From Oculatellaceae cyanobacterium bins.114 (GTDB lineage Bacteria > Cyanobacteriota > Cyanobacteriia > Elainellales > Elainellaceae), in the NCBI GenBank assembly GCA_033764315.1, contig JANRJA010000212.1:1-64000 (forward strand): a stretch of DNA of 64,000 nucleotides. Reading direction: 5' to 3'. Shown one piece after another: positions 1 to 10,757 of the stretch. Under the pieces are notes generated by a model. The model ran no database searches and was not told where the DNA came from. It saw only the letters and a program-made list of their open reading frames with translations. Every line of letters starts with the position of its first letter. Within the stretch, counting starts at the first letter, position 1. Made by a program: the position numbers and the translations under genes.

Positions 1-140
1 GAATAAATTCGCGGCTATCAGAGCGAAGTTCGCCTTCGCGAACTACAGAAAATCAAGGGTTGAGTGAACCGACGCAGGTCGGTTTTGCTCCTGTAGTTGC
101 GGTTTCAACCGCCAAAATCCTTATCCCGAATTCACGTTAA
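1..140. repeat. Partial MITE/REP-like intergenic element (cut by window edge)
   Basis: Internal hairpins (agttcgc..gcgaact; aaccgac..gtcggtt; gcggtttcaaccgc). Its reverse complement aligns with a degenerate copy at about 3593-3663. Confidence 0.7.
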
Positions 141-193
141 CTCAAGGCTCAAAGTGCAGCCCTGACTTAATACTTTTCAGTCGTTCACCTTAC

Positions 194-1102
194 TTATTCT
201 CGGCTCAATTCCATGCTGCTATATAACTCTAAAGCTGTTCGCCAAACCAAATAGCCTTGAGGATTGAGGTGCAACCCATCGGTGCTAAGGTCAATTCTCA
301 AATTGCCCTGGTTATTGGCAAATAAAGGATAAAGGTTGAGAAAATAGGCCCCTTCTTGATGGGCGATCGCAGCTAGTTCTTGATTTAAGTGGCGGATGCG
401 TTGATTGGGAACTCGCAACAGGCGATCGCGCCCTTCCCAAGTGGCTAGCTCAGCCGCGTGAGGCAGAATGGATTGCACCACAATTTGGCTACGGGGATGA
501 GCGGCACTGAGATGACGAATAATTTGCTGATAGTTGTCGAGAATTTGCTCATCCTCAACGCCCCGAATCAAATCATTAATGCCAATCATGACAAAGATGG
601 TTTCAGGGCGAGTTTGATCAAACACCTCAAGTCGTTTCAGCAACCCTCCAGACGTCTCACCAGAGATGCCTTGATTCAGCCAAGTGCGCTCAGTTGGCAA
701 TAACTGGCTAGGAAACCACAAACTGAGCGAGTCACCCGCTAAAACAGTGAGCCGTGGGGGTTGGTTAACGGCAACAACCCTGGCTTCTTGAGCCAATAGC
801 TCAACCCACTGGTCATACGTGAGTTGATGACGAGGCCCCAATTGAGTAATCAATAAATCTGGATCAAAGGAGGGCTGAGGCTGCGCGGCTGAGGCAGTAG
901 CAGGGGCTGTCAACGATAGGCTATAGATTCGTAGCACGGACAGCATAACCAATGCCAACAGAAACCCGTTTGCCGTGAGGGATAAAAATACCCATCCTGG
1001 CAAGACCCGCAAGTGGGGAAATTTAGACCGAGACTTTGCGAGACTGACAAACAATCTGGAGTGGCGATCGCCCATCAGATTTACCCAATGCCTGGTAAAC
1101 AC
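194..1102 (-). CDS. SGNH/GDSL-family hydrolase with N-terminal membrane anchor
   Basis: GDSL block I (LAGDSLS), NQGISG, IGIND and DGLH motifs; hydrophobic N-terminal helix. True start probably downstream of 1102. Confidence 0.85.
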   Translation of the reverse strand: MFTRHWVNLMGDRHSRLFVSLAKSRSKFPHLRVLPGWVFLSLTANGFLLALVMLSVLRIYSLSLTAPATASAAQPQPSFDPDLLITQLGPRHQLTYDQWVELLAQEARVVAVNQPPRLTVLAGDSLSLWFPSQLLPTERTWLNQGISGETSGGLLKRLEVFDQTRPETIFVMIGINDLIRGVEDEQILDNYQQIIRHLSAAHPRSQIVVQSILPHAAELATWEGRDRLLRVPNQRIRHLNQELAAIAHQEGAYFLNLYPLFANNQGNLRIDLSTDGLHLNPQGYLVWRTALELYSSMELSRE

Positions 1103-1250
1103 CCTAGCAGGAACCGATCACTCAGACAAGTCAACTGCTATGAAAATTTCAACTTTAATGACAAATCCACTGGTTGACTGACAAAAGTTCTAAAAGGTGA
1201 GGATGGAACTAGTTCATCCAACGATTCACGTTCTCCTAAAAGAATCACAT

Positions 1251-1280
1251 AAAAAAGCGTAGCTCATTTGAGCTACGCTT
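1251..1280 (-). terminator. Rho-independent terminator of amtB
   Basis: aagcgtagctca-aa-tgagctacgctt hairpin followed by a U-tract on the minus strand. Confidence 0.8.
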
Positions 1281-1303
1281 CACCACTCAACTACAAGAGA
1301 TAT

Positions 1304-2734
1304 CTAACGCAACTCCGCCGAGGGTCCGGTCATGTCAGCCGGAGCACCACTCAAACCAACTCCAGCAGCAATTTGCTCACTATAGGCTTCTTCACCATGC
1401 TCGTAGACATCCAGACCTTGACTTTCGATCTCAGGAGTCACTCGCAAGCCAACGGTTGCATCCAAGATTTTGAGAATGATAAAGGTTGCTACGCCTGCAA
1501 ATACATAAGCAATCAGAACTGCAATAATTTGAGTCACTAATTGACCAGGGTTGCCAAAGAGCAAACCATCTTTACCAAATTCGTTAACAGTTGTTGTAGC
1601 AAATACACCCGTTAAAATTGCTCCAATCGTTCCACCGACACCGTGAACAGGAAACACATCCAACGAATCATCAAAGCCTAGCTTTGCTTTAAGACTAATG
1701 GCATAGAAGCAACAAACAGCTGCGATACTACCAATTAACAATGCACCAATAGGATTAACAAACCCGGCGGCAGGGGTAACGGCCACCAGACCAACGACAG
1801 CTCCAGTTGCCGCACCGACAGCAGTAGGCTTGCCACGCAGAAACTGCTCTAGAACCAACCAGGTTAAAACAGCAGCAGCAGCACCTGTGTTAGTTGAAAC
1901 GAATGCCACCGTTGCAAGTGTGCCAGATGCCAGGGCACTACCTGCGTTAAAACCAAACCAACCAAACCAGAGAAGACCAGCTCCCAACAAAATGAAGGGT
2001 ACGTTGTGAGGTGCTGAAGGTTGGCTGGGATAGCTGCGCCGAGGACCAAGCACCATAACCGCCACAACACCAGAGACAGCCGAGATAATGTGAACGACCG
2101 TTCCTCCAGCAAAGTCAAGCGCGCCTATGCCACCATATAAGCCTAAGAAACCGCCTTTACTCCAAACCATGTGCGCCATAGGTGAATACACAAAGGTTGA
2201 CCACAGCAACACAAAGAGAGCATAGGCACGGAAGTTCATCCGCTCTACGATCGCCCCTGAAATCAAAGCAGGCGTAATGATGGCAAACATTGCCTGATAG
2301 ATCATGAAGGTCTGATGAGGAATGGTTCCCGCGTAGGAGACGACCTCTTCAGGCCCATGACCTGTTAAATAACCGGCTGTCTCGTAGCCAACCCCATTCA
2401 AAAATAACCATTGCAAACCGCCAATAAAGGGGGTAGCGGGTGAAAACGCAAGGCTATAGCCCCACAAGATCCAGGTGACACCCACGATGCCCATGAGCAC
2501 AAAGCTCATCATCATGGTGTTGAGAACGTTGCGCGATCGCACGAACCCACCATAGAAAAACGCCAACCCTGGTGTCATCAACAAAACCAGTGCGGAACAG
2601 AGCAGCATAAAGGCCGTGTCTCCTGTATCAGGAGGAGGTGGCTCAGTTGCTTCTTGGGCAAACGCATTGCCCATCAGGGGACCGCTAAGCAACCAAAGTG
2701 CGATCGCCCCAATCATCAAAGCTTTTTTTAACAC
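1304..2734 (-). CDS. amtB: Ammonium transporter, AmtB-type
   Basis: LMTPGLAFFYGG, DFAGGTVVH, WFGWFGFNAGS and DDSLDVFPVHGVGG motifs; signal-like N-terminus. Confidence 0.95.
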   Translation of the reverse strand: MLKKALMIGAIALWLLSGPLMGNAFAQEATEPPPPDTGDTAFMLLCSALVLLMTPGLAFFYGGFVRSRNVLNTMMMSFVLMGIVGVTWILWGYSLAFSPATPFIGGLQWLFLNGVGYETAGYLTGHGPEEVVSYAGTIPHQTFMIYQAMFAIITPALISGAIVERMNFRAYALFVLLWSTFVYSPMAHMVWSKGGFLGLYGGIGALDFAGGTVVHIISAVSGVVAVMVLGPRRSYPSQPSAPHNVPFILLGAGLLWFGWFGFNAGSALASGTLATVAFVSTNTGAAAAVLTWLVLEQFLRGKPTAVGAATGAVVGLVAVTPAAGFVNPIGALLIGSIAAVCCFYAISLKAKLGFDDSLDVFPVHGVGGTIGAILTGVFATTTVNEFGKDGLLFGNPGQLVTQIIAVLIAYVFAGVATFIILKILDATVGLRVTPEIESQGLDVYEHGEEAYSEQIAAGVGLSGAPADMTGPSAELR

Positions 2735-2818
2735 TTGTCTTTCCCTTCTACTACTAGAGACCTGAACTGATGAGTAGGTTTAAGTCTGAATTGCACCAAT
2801 TTTGGTAGGGTTGATTCT

Positions 2819-2832
2819 GTATTGCAAAATAC
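2819..2832. promoter_or_regulatory. NtcA binding site upstream of amtB
   Basis: tGTA-ttgcaaaa-TACa, a perfect GTA-N8-TAC with T/A flanks. Confidence 0.85.
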
Positions 2833-3079
2833 ATTTTCAGGGTTATGACTAAACCGTAATGAGCTTTATTCAAAAAGCACTGTAAAACTTATGAGATTGC
2901 ATCCCAAAAACTCGGCTTTACGAGGAGAGGTTAGACGCAACGATCATGAGCGATCGCACCACCAGGCTCAACGAAAAGAATCTTTATGATTTGGTTAATC
3001 TACACAGGGCTGACTTTGAACACAGGTGATCGGCAGCGACGCCTCAGGTAGAGCAGCACAACCCATCAACCTGTGATAA

Positions 3080-3469
<390 letters not shown>

Positions 3470-3524
3470 GCTAATTGGCGATCGCAAATAGCCACATTAG
3501 TGAATCAGGCGGTAATCCTAAACA

Positions 3525-3563
3525 AGTAAGGATATGCCATGCTCCACGCGGCATATCCTTACT
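3525..3563. terminator. Hairpin / probable terminator after the PII gene
   Basis: agtaaggatatgcc...ggcatatccttact 14-bp stem. Confidence 0.65.
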
Positions 3564-3592
3564 CAAAAATCATTACTTTTAGAGGACTACCC

Positions 3593-3663
3593 TTACGCGA
3601 ATTCGAGATAAGGATTTTGCCAGTAAAACCGACCTACGTTGGTTCCCCAAACCCTTCATCTTT
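3593..3663. repeat. Degenerate, internally deleted copy of the element at 1-140
   Basis: ttacgcgaattcgagataaggattttg..aaaaccgacctacgttggttc matches the reverse complement of 1-140. Confidence 0.65.
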
Positions 3664-3806
3664 CGGAGTCTGCATCCAATGTTTGGCAATACTCAATGGG
3701 AGTTGAAACGCATCTTAGAGTGAACGACACCCACTAACTTAACTGTTTCAAACATAAATTTTCAAACACAAATATTTAATAAGTTACTCCGTGTGCGACT
3801 TTCCCC

Positions 3807-3872
3807 AGATCCCCGGTTGCTGTGACGCAAATCAGACTACTTTGAGGATGCTGAACGAGCAACCGGGGATCT
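3807..3872. repeat. Inverted repeat element
   Basis: 15-bp perfect arms agatccccggttgct / agcaaccggggatct. Confidence 0.7.
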
Positions 3873-4033
3873 AAACCTCTACGTTGCACATCACGTTAAG
3901 TTAATATTCCAAGCAAAGAAAATTAAAAGTGACAACAGAGTATCTGTAATCCTTTTTCAGATGCTCTAAAGTTTTTTAAGGTTTGGGTTTAAAGCCAATT
4001 CAACTAACAAGATCAAAAGTGTACTAAAAGTGT

Positions 4034-4065
4034 TAGCCGAGGTTTAGTTAACTAAACCTCGGCTA
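4034..4065. repeat. Perfect 32-bp palindrome downstream of amt1
   Basis: tagccgaggtttagtt|aactaaacctcggcta. Confidence 0.8.
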
Positions 4066-4229
4066 CTAAAATTCGTGAGCTAGATTGCATCAAATCAGCA
4101 CATTAATGCAGTAACCTTAGCAATCTTGCAGAAACAAGTTAATGACCCAACCATTCAACTTAGACTTAATTGAAGCGATTCAGCATCTCACCTAATTAAG
4201 TGATTTCTAACAAGACCCAAAAAACATCA

Positions 4230-5822
4230 CTACAATGTGCTGCCACTCGTGACACCTCCAGAGCTAGAGCCAGAGGGAAGACCAATGGGTGCTCCACTCG
4301 CATCCTTCGCTAGCCCTGCATAAGCCTCCATGCCGTGCTCTCCAATATCCAAGCCCAGCAACTCTTCCTCTGCGCTGACTCGAATACCCAAAGTTGCTTT
4401 GAGGATCAGCCAGAAAATGCTGGAGAGCAGAACCGTAATTCCACCCACCGCCAGAGTACCGACAAACTGAATCCAGAGTTGACCAGGGTTGCCAAAGAAG
4501 AGACCTGTTGGGCCACCAGCATAAAAGGCATCACCTTGAGCAAATAGACCGACCGCCAGGGTTCCCCAGATCCCATTTACGAGGTGAACGGAGATTGCAC
4601 CTACAGGATCATCAATCTTGAGTTTGTCAAAGAGACCAACTGCAAAGACCACGAGAATTCCGCCGATAATCCCAATGACGGCAGCGGAGCCAGCATTGAT
4701 GTAAGCAGTAGAAGCCGTAACAGCGACTAAACCTGCCAAAAGACCGTTGATGATCATGGATAGGTCAGGCTTGCCCAATACAAGCCAAGCCGTAATGGTT
4801 GCGGCGACACCCCCAAACGCTGCTGCTGTGTTGGTCGTCAACGCAATGTGAGCGATCGCCGTGCCATCGCCAACCGCCATCGTAGAACCGGGGTTAAAGC
4901 CAAACCAGCCCAACCAGAGAATCAAACACCCTAGAGTCGCAATACTCATGTTGTGACCGGGCAACGCATTGGCAGTGCCGTTGTCGTTGTATTTGCCCAA
5001 CCGAGGACCGAGGAAAGCTGCTCCCATGAGAGCCGCCCAACCACCAACGGCGTGAACGACGGTAGAGCCTGCAAAATCCCAGAAGCCAAAGTCATAGAGC
5101 CAGCCTCCACCCCAGATCCAGTGTCCAGTGATGGGGTAAGCAATCCCAATCAGCAATAGGCTAAAAATTAAGAAGTCAACAAATTTAATTCGCTCTGCAA
5201 CTGCGCCTGATACGATGGTTGCCGCCGTTCCAGCGAATACCAACTGGAAGAAGAACTTAGCACCCAGAGGCACACCCGTCCAATTGAGAGAGCCAAAAAT
5301 ACCCTGATAATTATCAAATGTTGCAGGGCTGTTGTCTGCTCCAGTCAAGAAGAAGCCACCGCTTGTACCAATAAAACCGTTACCATCGCTGAACATCAAG
5401 CCAAAACCGATCGCCCAAAACGCAATGGTAGAGAGGGCAAACACAATCAAGTTTTTAGAGAGAACATTGACTGCGTTTTTCTGACGGCAAAAGCCAGTTT
5501 CTAACATACAGAAACCAGCGTTCATGAAGAACACCAGCATGGCAGCGATCATTACCCACATGGTATCCAGACCGACTGTCAGACCTGCTGCAACTTCCTC
5601 AATCGTCGGAGGAGTGTCTTGGGCATAGGCCGCAGAAAAGGTGCTGATGAGAACAATGAAAGCAGTCAGAGGAATACAAGCTTGCCAAGTAGGAGACAAG
5701 AATTTGACAGCCTTGAGCTTCTCAAAAAAGCTCACAGACGCAGTAGCGATCGCCTTGGGTTTGAGTTGGGCTTGCCAACTTTTATTCTTTTTCTTTTTAC
5801 GAAGTGGGAAGTTAGACATCAT
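4230..5822 (-). CDS. amt1: Ammonium transporter, cyanobacterial Amt1-type
   Basis: [36 protein letters not shown] and [10 protein letters not shown] motifs. Confidence 0.95.
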   Translation of the reverse strand: MMSNFPLRKKKKNKSWQAQLKPKAIATASVSFFEKLKAVKFLSPTWQACIPLTAFIVLISTFSAAYAQDTPPTIEEVAAGLTVGLDTMWVMIAAMLVFFMNAGFCMLETGFCRQKNAVNVLSKNLIVFALSTIAFWAIGFGLMFSDGNGFIGTSGGFFLTGADNSPATFDNYQGIFGSLNWTGVPLGAKFFFQLVFAGTAATIVSGAVAERIKFVDFLIFSLLLIGIAYPITGHWIWGGGWLYDFGFWDFAGSTVVHAVGGWAALMGAAFLGPRLGKYNDNGTANALPGHNMSIATLGCLILWLGWFGFNPGSTMAVGDGTAIAHIALTTNTAAAFGGVAATITAWLVLGKPDLSMIINGLLAGLVAVTASTAYINAGSAAVIGIIGGILVVFAVGLFDKLKIDDPVGAISVHLVNGIWGTLAVGLFAQGDAFYAGGPTGLFFGNPGQLWIQFVGTLAVGGITVLLSSIFWLILKATLGIRVSAEEELLGLDIGEHGMEAYAGLAKDASGAPIGLPSGSSSGGVTSGSTL

Positions 5823-5953
5823 CAGTCGTCTTGGGGATTAGTGTTCTTTATCTAGAGGTTATCAGGGCGAAGGGACAAGCCTCGCCATAGAGAAGAACCG
5901 CAATCAAATTAAGGAATGATAAAGATAATTCAATGTATTAGGGGGGTTCTTCT

Positions 5954-5967
5954 GTATAAGAGATTAC
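5954..5967. promoter_or_regulatory. NtcA binding site upstream of amt1
   Basis: tGTA-taagagat-TACa; a one-mismatch second site (GTA-gcatctat-GAC) lies at 5996-6009. Confidence 0.85.
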
Positions 5968-6224
5968 AGTTAGTACGACTCTAGCAGAGGACTTGGTAGC
6001 ATCTATGACTAAATTTTTCTCTATGGGTATTCTTAGAAATCTAAATTAACGGAGATTGATCACTCCCTGTTATCAACCTATATAAACGTTAATCTTCGAG
6101 GTTTTATGGATGAATCACGATACATAACTCAATGCTTAAACTCAAGTTATTTAATCTCTCAATCTTGCTAAATTTTGATGGATCGCCAAGGAAACCCTGA
6201 TGTATCAATCCTGGCGATCGCCCC

Positions 6225-6584
6225 TCAATAGATAATTTCGTCTTCCTTACGCCATGCCGGATCGACAATGCAAATAAAAACGAGAGGTTCAGCCCCACTA
6301 TTGTGAATAAACTGCTTGGCATTGGGAGGAATATAAACCGCATCTCCCGTTTCAACCCGTTGAGTTTCTCCGTCAATGTGCATGTCGCCAATCCCACTCA
6401 AGATGTAATAGACCTCAGATGTCGTCAATGAATGAGGGGTTGAGGTATCTCCTGGCAGCACAATGGCGTGGGCAAGGCTATAGCGCAACTCTAAGGGTTG
6501 CTTGTCTGGATGTAATAGTTCTCGCAATAGGGTGCCATCACCTGCTATAAATTCCTCACACTCATTCAGTTTGCGTACCAACAT
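6225..6584 (-). CDS. Cupin domain protein
   Basis: PGxxxxPHxLxxxEVYYILSG..GDAVYIPP cupin_2 motifs. Confidence 0.85.
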   Translation of the reverse strand: MLVRKLNECEEFIAGDGTLLRELLHPDKQPLELRYSLAHAIVLPGDTSTPHSLTTSEVYYILSGIGDMHIDGETQRVETGDAVYIPPNAKQFIHNSGAEPLVFICIVDPAWRKEDEIIY

Positions 6585-6611
6585 ATAAATCGTTAGCTCG
6601 TATCAATTGCA

Positions 6612-8198
6612 TTATTCGCTCAGAGTATTTTGCAACAGTTGGTGCAATGCTGGATAGTCTATTTTGGCGTTATGTCGGCGATCGACCGGAATTTTAGGGT
6701 AGAGTTTGTATTCCTGGATCTGTGCCCAGACCAGTGTGGTTTTAAGTCGATTCAAGGGAGCGTGACCCGCAGAGGGAGCCAGTTCGATCGCTAAAACCCG
6801 TTTTCCCTTAAAGGTAGTCATGGCAGTGCGGCAAACCCCAGCCACATAACTGGCAGCCGTTTCGACTGCAAAGGGATAGAGGTCTCCTAACCCATCTCGA
6901 ATGCGAGCACTACAGCGTCCCATCAGCCAGAGGCGATTTTTCTCATCCAGATAGCCTGCATCCCCAGTGCGATGCCACGATCTTCCGTCTACTTGAAACT
7001 TAGTTTCTTCGTTGCCTTTGCCATGCAGGTAACTTTTTAATACATGCTCACCACTAACAACGATCTCGCCGACTTTATCGGTCGATAGACAGAGCGAGTC
7101 AAATTCAGCAGCGGTGTAGTGTCCCAACGGAGTACCCCAGCGATTGCCCAAAATTCGCAGATGCACCTCAGACACAGGCATCCCAACTAACAAACCCTTC
7201 CCAGCTTGCATAGCAGCAACATCATCAGGTTGCACCTCGTGATAAGCCATATGAGCGATTGGCTCCGCTTCGGTAGAGCCATACACAGCAGACACATGCG
7301 CTTGAGGGGCGATCGCTTGTAATCGCTCTAACAATCGTGGAAACACCGGAGCACCACCACTAAACAGTCGTTGAAAACTGGATAGCGTTAGTTGTTGTCG
7401 TTGACAATAGTCTGCCAACCGCTCTAACAACGCTGGTGAGGCAGCGGTGCTAACGGGTTGATAGCGTTGAATCTGGGTAAACAACCGAGCTGGATTAATC
7501 TGACCAGGAAACCGCAGATCGGCATCGGGAAGCAAACTGGTGACTCCGGAGGCGAGATTTGCTAGCCCAAAAATAGGGAGCGTGGTCAGATCCACAGTGT
7601 CTGGGGTCAAGCTTAGACTGTGCGCCAATGCCTGATGTTGAGCCAGCAAAAACCCGTGGGTTCTCAAGGCGGCTTTGGGCTGCCCAGTGCTGCCACTGGT
7701 AAACGTCACCAGAGCTGGGTCATCCGTTTTACAAGGGGTGATGTCTTTGAGCAGAGCAGACTGTTTAACGTGAGACCAGGCGATCGCTCCTGGTATAGGC
7801 AACCCGATCACAAACTGAATGGGGATCTGACGAAGTGCGGGCGATCGTACCTTTAGCAGATGGGCTTTGTCGGTCGCAATCAAAGCCTTGGGGGGATAGA
7901 GCGCACAACAGCTTTCTAAGGAATCACGTCCAGCAGAAGGATCAACAAACATTGCCACCATGCCCAACCGAAACACGGCCATCAACGCTACATAAAGCTG
8001 AACAGACATTGGCACAAAAATGAGTACCGCATCCCCCGTTCGCAAGCCCGATCGCCAAAGCAGGGCAGCGTCCCGACTGGAGGCAACCTCTAATGCTGCA
8101 AAGCTGAGGTGTTGATCCCGACGAGCCTCAATCAAGGCGATCGCTTGGGGTCTAACCTCAGCCTGCGTTTGCAAAATAGTTGCAATATTAGTCAACAA
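6612..8198 (-). CDS. AMP-binding (ANL) enzyme, OleC-like
   Basis: FTSGSTGQPK P-loop, YGSTEAEP, WHRTGD and C-terminal PVDRRHNAKID (OleC-like A10 motif). Confidence 0.85.
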   Translation of the reverse strand: MLTNIATILQTQAEVRPQAIALIEARRDQHLSFAALEVASSRDAALLWRSGLRTGDAVLIFVPMSVQLYVALMAVFRLGMVAMFVDPSAGRDSLESCCALYPPKALIATDKAHLLKVRSPALRQIPIQFVIGLPIPGAIAWSHVKQSALLKDITPCKTDDPALVTFTSGSTGQPKAALRTHGFLLAQHQALAHSLSLTPDTVDLTTLPIFGLANLASGVTSLLPDADLRFPGQINPARLFTQIQRYQPVSTAASPALLERLADYCQRQQLTLSSFQRLFSGGAPVFPRLLERLQAIAPQAHVSAVYGSTEAEPIAHMAYHEVQPDDVAAMQAGKGLLVGMPVSEVHLRILGNRWGTPLGHYTAAEFDSLCLSTDKVGEIVVSGEHVLKSYLHGKGNEETKFQVDGRSWHRTGDAGYLDEKNRLWLMGRCSARIRDGLGDLYPFAVETAASYVAGVCRTAMTTFKGKRVLAIELAPSAGHAPLNRLKTTLVWAQIQEYKLYPKIPVDRRHNAKIDYPALHQLLQNTLSE

Positions 8199-10313
8199 TT
8201 ACACCAATTGCAGCGTGTGATAAGGACTGGTGAGCTTTGATAACTGCTGCAATAACAGACTGAGGAACAAGCCCACATCTGTCACCACACCAACCGACTC
8301 AACCGAGCCGCGATCGCTCAGTTTTGTCACCACGGCTGGGTTGATATCCACACACACCAACTTAACACCAGCAGGAGTCATGTTCCCAACTCCAATAGAG
8401 TGCAGCATGGACGAGAGCATCAAAATCATGTCAGCTCCTTCAATCAACTTGGCATACTCGGCTTGAGCTACCAGCAGATCCATGCGGGTATCAGGCAGCG
8501 GCCCATCATCTCGAATTGAGCCTGCCAGTGAAAAGGGAACTCCTTTTCGGACACACTCATAGAAAATGCCGCTAGTGAGCACTCCCTGCTCCACCGCATT
8601 GGCGATGCTGCCACAGCGACGGATTGTGTTAATCGCCTTGAGGTGGTGCCGATGTCCCCCCCGGACAGAAACGCCGCGTTTCATATCCATACCTAGCGAG
8701 GTGCCCATGAGTGATTGCTCAATATCGTGAACGGCGATCGCATTGCCACCCAACAACGCTTGCACATAGCCCTCACGAATCAAACTTGAGAGATGCTCAC
8801 CGCCCCCAGTATGAATGACCACAGGTCCGGCGACTACGGCCACCTTGCCACCCTGATCCCGAATCCGGCGCAATTCCCAGGCGATTTGTTCGACCACTAA
8901 TTCCACGCGACGTTCGCTTGATACCCCTGATCCCATAAAGCTAAACTCTTGGGCACCCCGTTGATCGCGGGCTTCGGGTTTGCGCACCGTGCGAATGCCT
9001 TCAACCCCTACTACGACGCGATCGCCTACTTGCAAATCTCGCAGTAATTTGCAGTGAGCTATCGGGCCATCAGGAGTACTAGAAACAACAATTGCCCCGT
9101 CCATCCGTTGATCTTGGACACGCACCCATTGACACTCGACTCGCACCTCAGTGGGATAGATCGTCGTCACATAAAAATCGTCTGGAGCGACACCCGCTTG
9201 AGTCACAACCTCTAACGGATTGTCACACACCTCTTGAGGCAGAGCCACTGCCCCAACATCGATCAATTGAGACATGATCTTTTCCATCACATCGTGAGAT
9301 GGAGCCGTTACCCGAACCTCAGCCGTTGAGGTGCTTTGACGTTGTTCACCCAATTTGAAATTGAGGATTTGGAAGCTGCCACCCCCTTCAACGATCGCAT
9401 CTAATGCCCGGTTCATTGTGCCAGAGTCGATCAAGTGACCCTCTAGATGAATTGTCCGGCTTTCAACCGCCGCGATCGCGTGTACCTCAGGTTGAATCGG
9501 CTCCGTCACCCGCAGGGTCAGACACTTTGCCGCTCCACCCGCTTTGATAAACTCGTTTAACGGCGTCTCAATCACCGTAAAGCCCGCAGCACCCAGTCGT
9601 TGCTTTAGCTCCTCGCTAGTTTGATTCATCACGACCAACCGATCAACATTGACCGCATTGCAGGCAAAAACCACCGCATCGGCTTCATTTACCACAATGC
9701 GTTTGTGCTCTGGCACGCGCATCTCAATCAACCGATTAGAGTAAGCGTCAAACGCAGGAGGATAATACAACAAATAGCCGTCAGCCAACGGACAAAAACA
9801 GGTATCGAGGTGATAAAACCGCTCATCCATCAACCGCAGCGATAGCACCTCAATATCCAACCATTTAGCTAAATAAGGATGAGAGTCTAACTCAGAACGG
9901 AACCCATACCCCGCCCAAAGCCAGCGTCCTTCGCGATCGAGCAGCGCATCTCCAGCCCCTTCAAATGGCAAATCTTTGGGTAACTCGTGCACCGTATAGC
10001 CCTGGCTCAAAAACCACTCTTTAAAGAATGGTTCTTCACCCTGGCGTTCCTTGTGATAAAAGCGGCTGAGCACAACACTATCACCGAGCACTAATCCAGC
10101 ATTGGCAGTAAACACCATATCAGGAACTCCTTTTTGAGGAGCTACCAGATCAACTAAAGCGTGATCTTTTAAGATGTGGTGGAGCGATCGCCACTGTTCT
10201 ACGGCGCGATCGCGAGATGACTTGTGAATATTTCCTTCCATCCACGGATTAATCACGTAATCCACGTCGTAATGGTCAGGAGAACACATCAGAAAACGGA
10301 TTGAAGCACTCAT
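8199..10313 (-). CDS. argZ: Arginine dihydrolase / ornithine cyclodeaminase bifunctional enzyme (ArgZ/AgrE)
   Basis: N-terminal amidinotransferase-fold domain (PDMVFTAN, FEGAGD, YHLDTCF, GGAAKCL) fused to LOR/SDH-like C-terminal region; likely ATG at 10313. Confidence 0.92.
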   Translation of the reverse strand: MSASIRFLMCSPDHYDVDYVINPWMEGNIHKSSRDRAVEQWRSLHHILKDHALVDLVAPQKGVPDMVFTANAGLVLGDSVVLSRFYHKERQGEEPFFKEWFLSQGYTVHELPKDLPFEGAGDALLDREGRWLWAGYGFRSELDSHPYLAKWLDIEVLSLRLMDERFYHLDTCFCPLADGYLLYYPPAFDAYSNRLIEMRVPEHKRIVVNEADAVVFACNAVNVDRLVVMNQTSEELKQRLGAAGFTVIETPLNEFIKAGGAAKCLTLRVTEPIQPEVHAIAAVESRTIHLEGHLIDSGTMNRALDAIVEGGGSFQILNFKLGEQRQSTSTAEVRVTAPSHDVMEKIMSQLIDVGAVALPQEVCDNPLEVVTQAGVAPDDFYVTTIYPTEVRVECQWVRVQDQRMDGAIVVSSTPDGPIAHCKLLRDLQVGDRVVVGVEGIRTVRKPEARDQRGAQEFSFMGSGVSSERRVELVVEQIAWELRRIRDQGGKVAVVAGPVVIHTGGGEHLSSLIREGYVQALLGGNAIAVHDIEQSLMGTSLGMDMKRGVSVRGGHRHHLKAINTIRRCGSIANAVEQGVLTSGIFYECVRKGVPFSLAGSIRDDGPLPDTRMDLLVAQAEYAKLIEGADMILMLSSMLHSIGVGNMTPAGVKLVCVDINPAVVTKLSDRGSVESVGVVTDVGLFLSLLLQQLSKLTSPYHTLQLV

Positions 10314-10757
10314 AAAATAGCACCTGTAGCAAAGAGGTCGTGTAGCTGCGGCATCGGGCATGTTTGAGTTTTGAAAGTGGGGTCAACCCCTTGCCCGTAG
10401 GCAATCGCACAGTAACCCAAGAACACAGAGACCCAAAAAAGTCAAGATTCTATCTTATTACGGCACCGGGGTCATATCACAGTTACAACGGTCACTGCAA
10501 ATTGTTCTCAACTCCCCTTTAGCCCTTACCCCCTAGCTCCATCCTCGCTTAGAGAACGCCAAGTCGCCGCTGTGCTGTCACATCTGCAACTTTTTGTGAC
10601 AATCTCATTCTTCTTACAGCCTGACTCAGAGACAACCAAATGAGGGAGCGATACGAAGCGCATCCTGTTTCCCCTCTGCCTAACCCAACCCCATTTTCAA
10701 AGAAGCAGAGTGCTTACACGGTAGGATGATTCCCAGAAACCCATTTAGTAAGGAATC

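Noticed and set aside
10390..10490. NtcA site upstream of argZ
   Set aside because: Only half sites or mismatched versions are present
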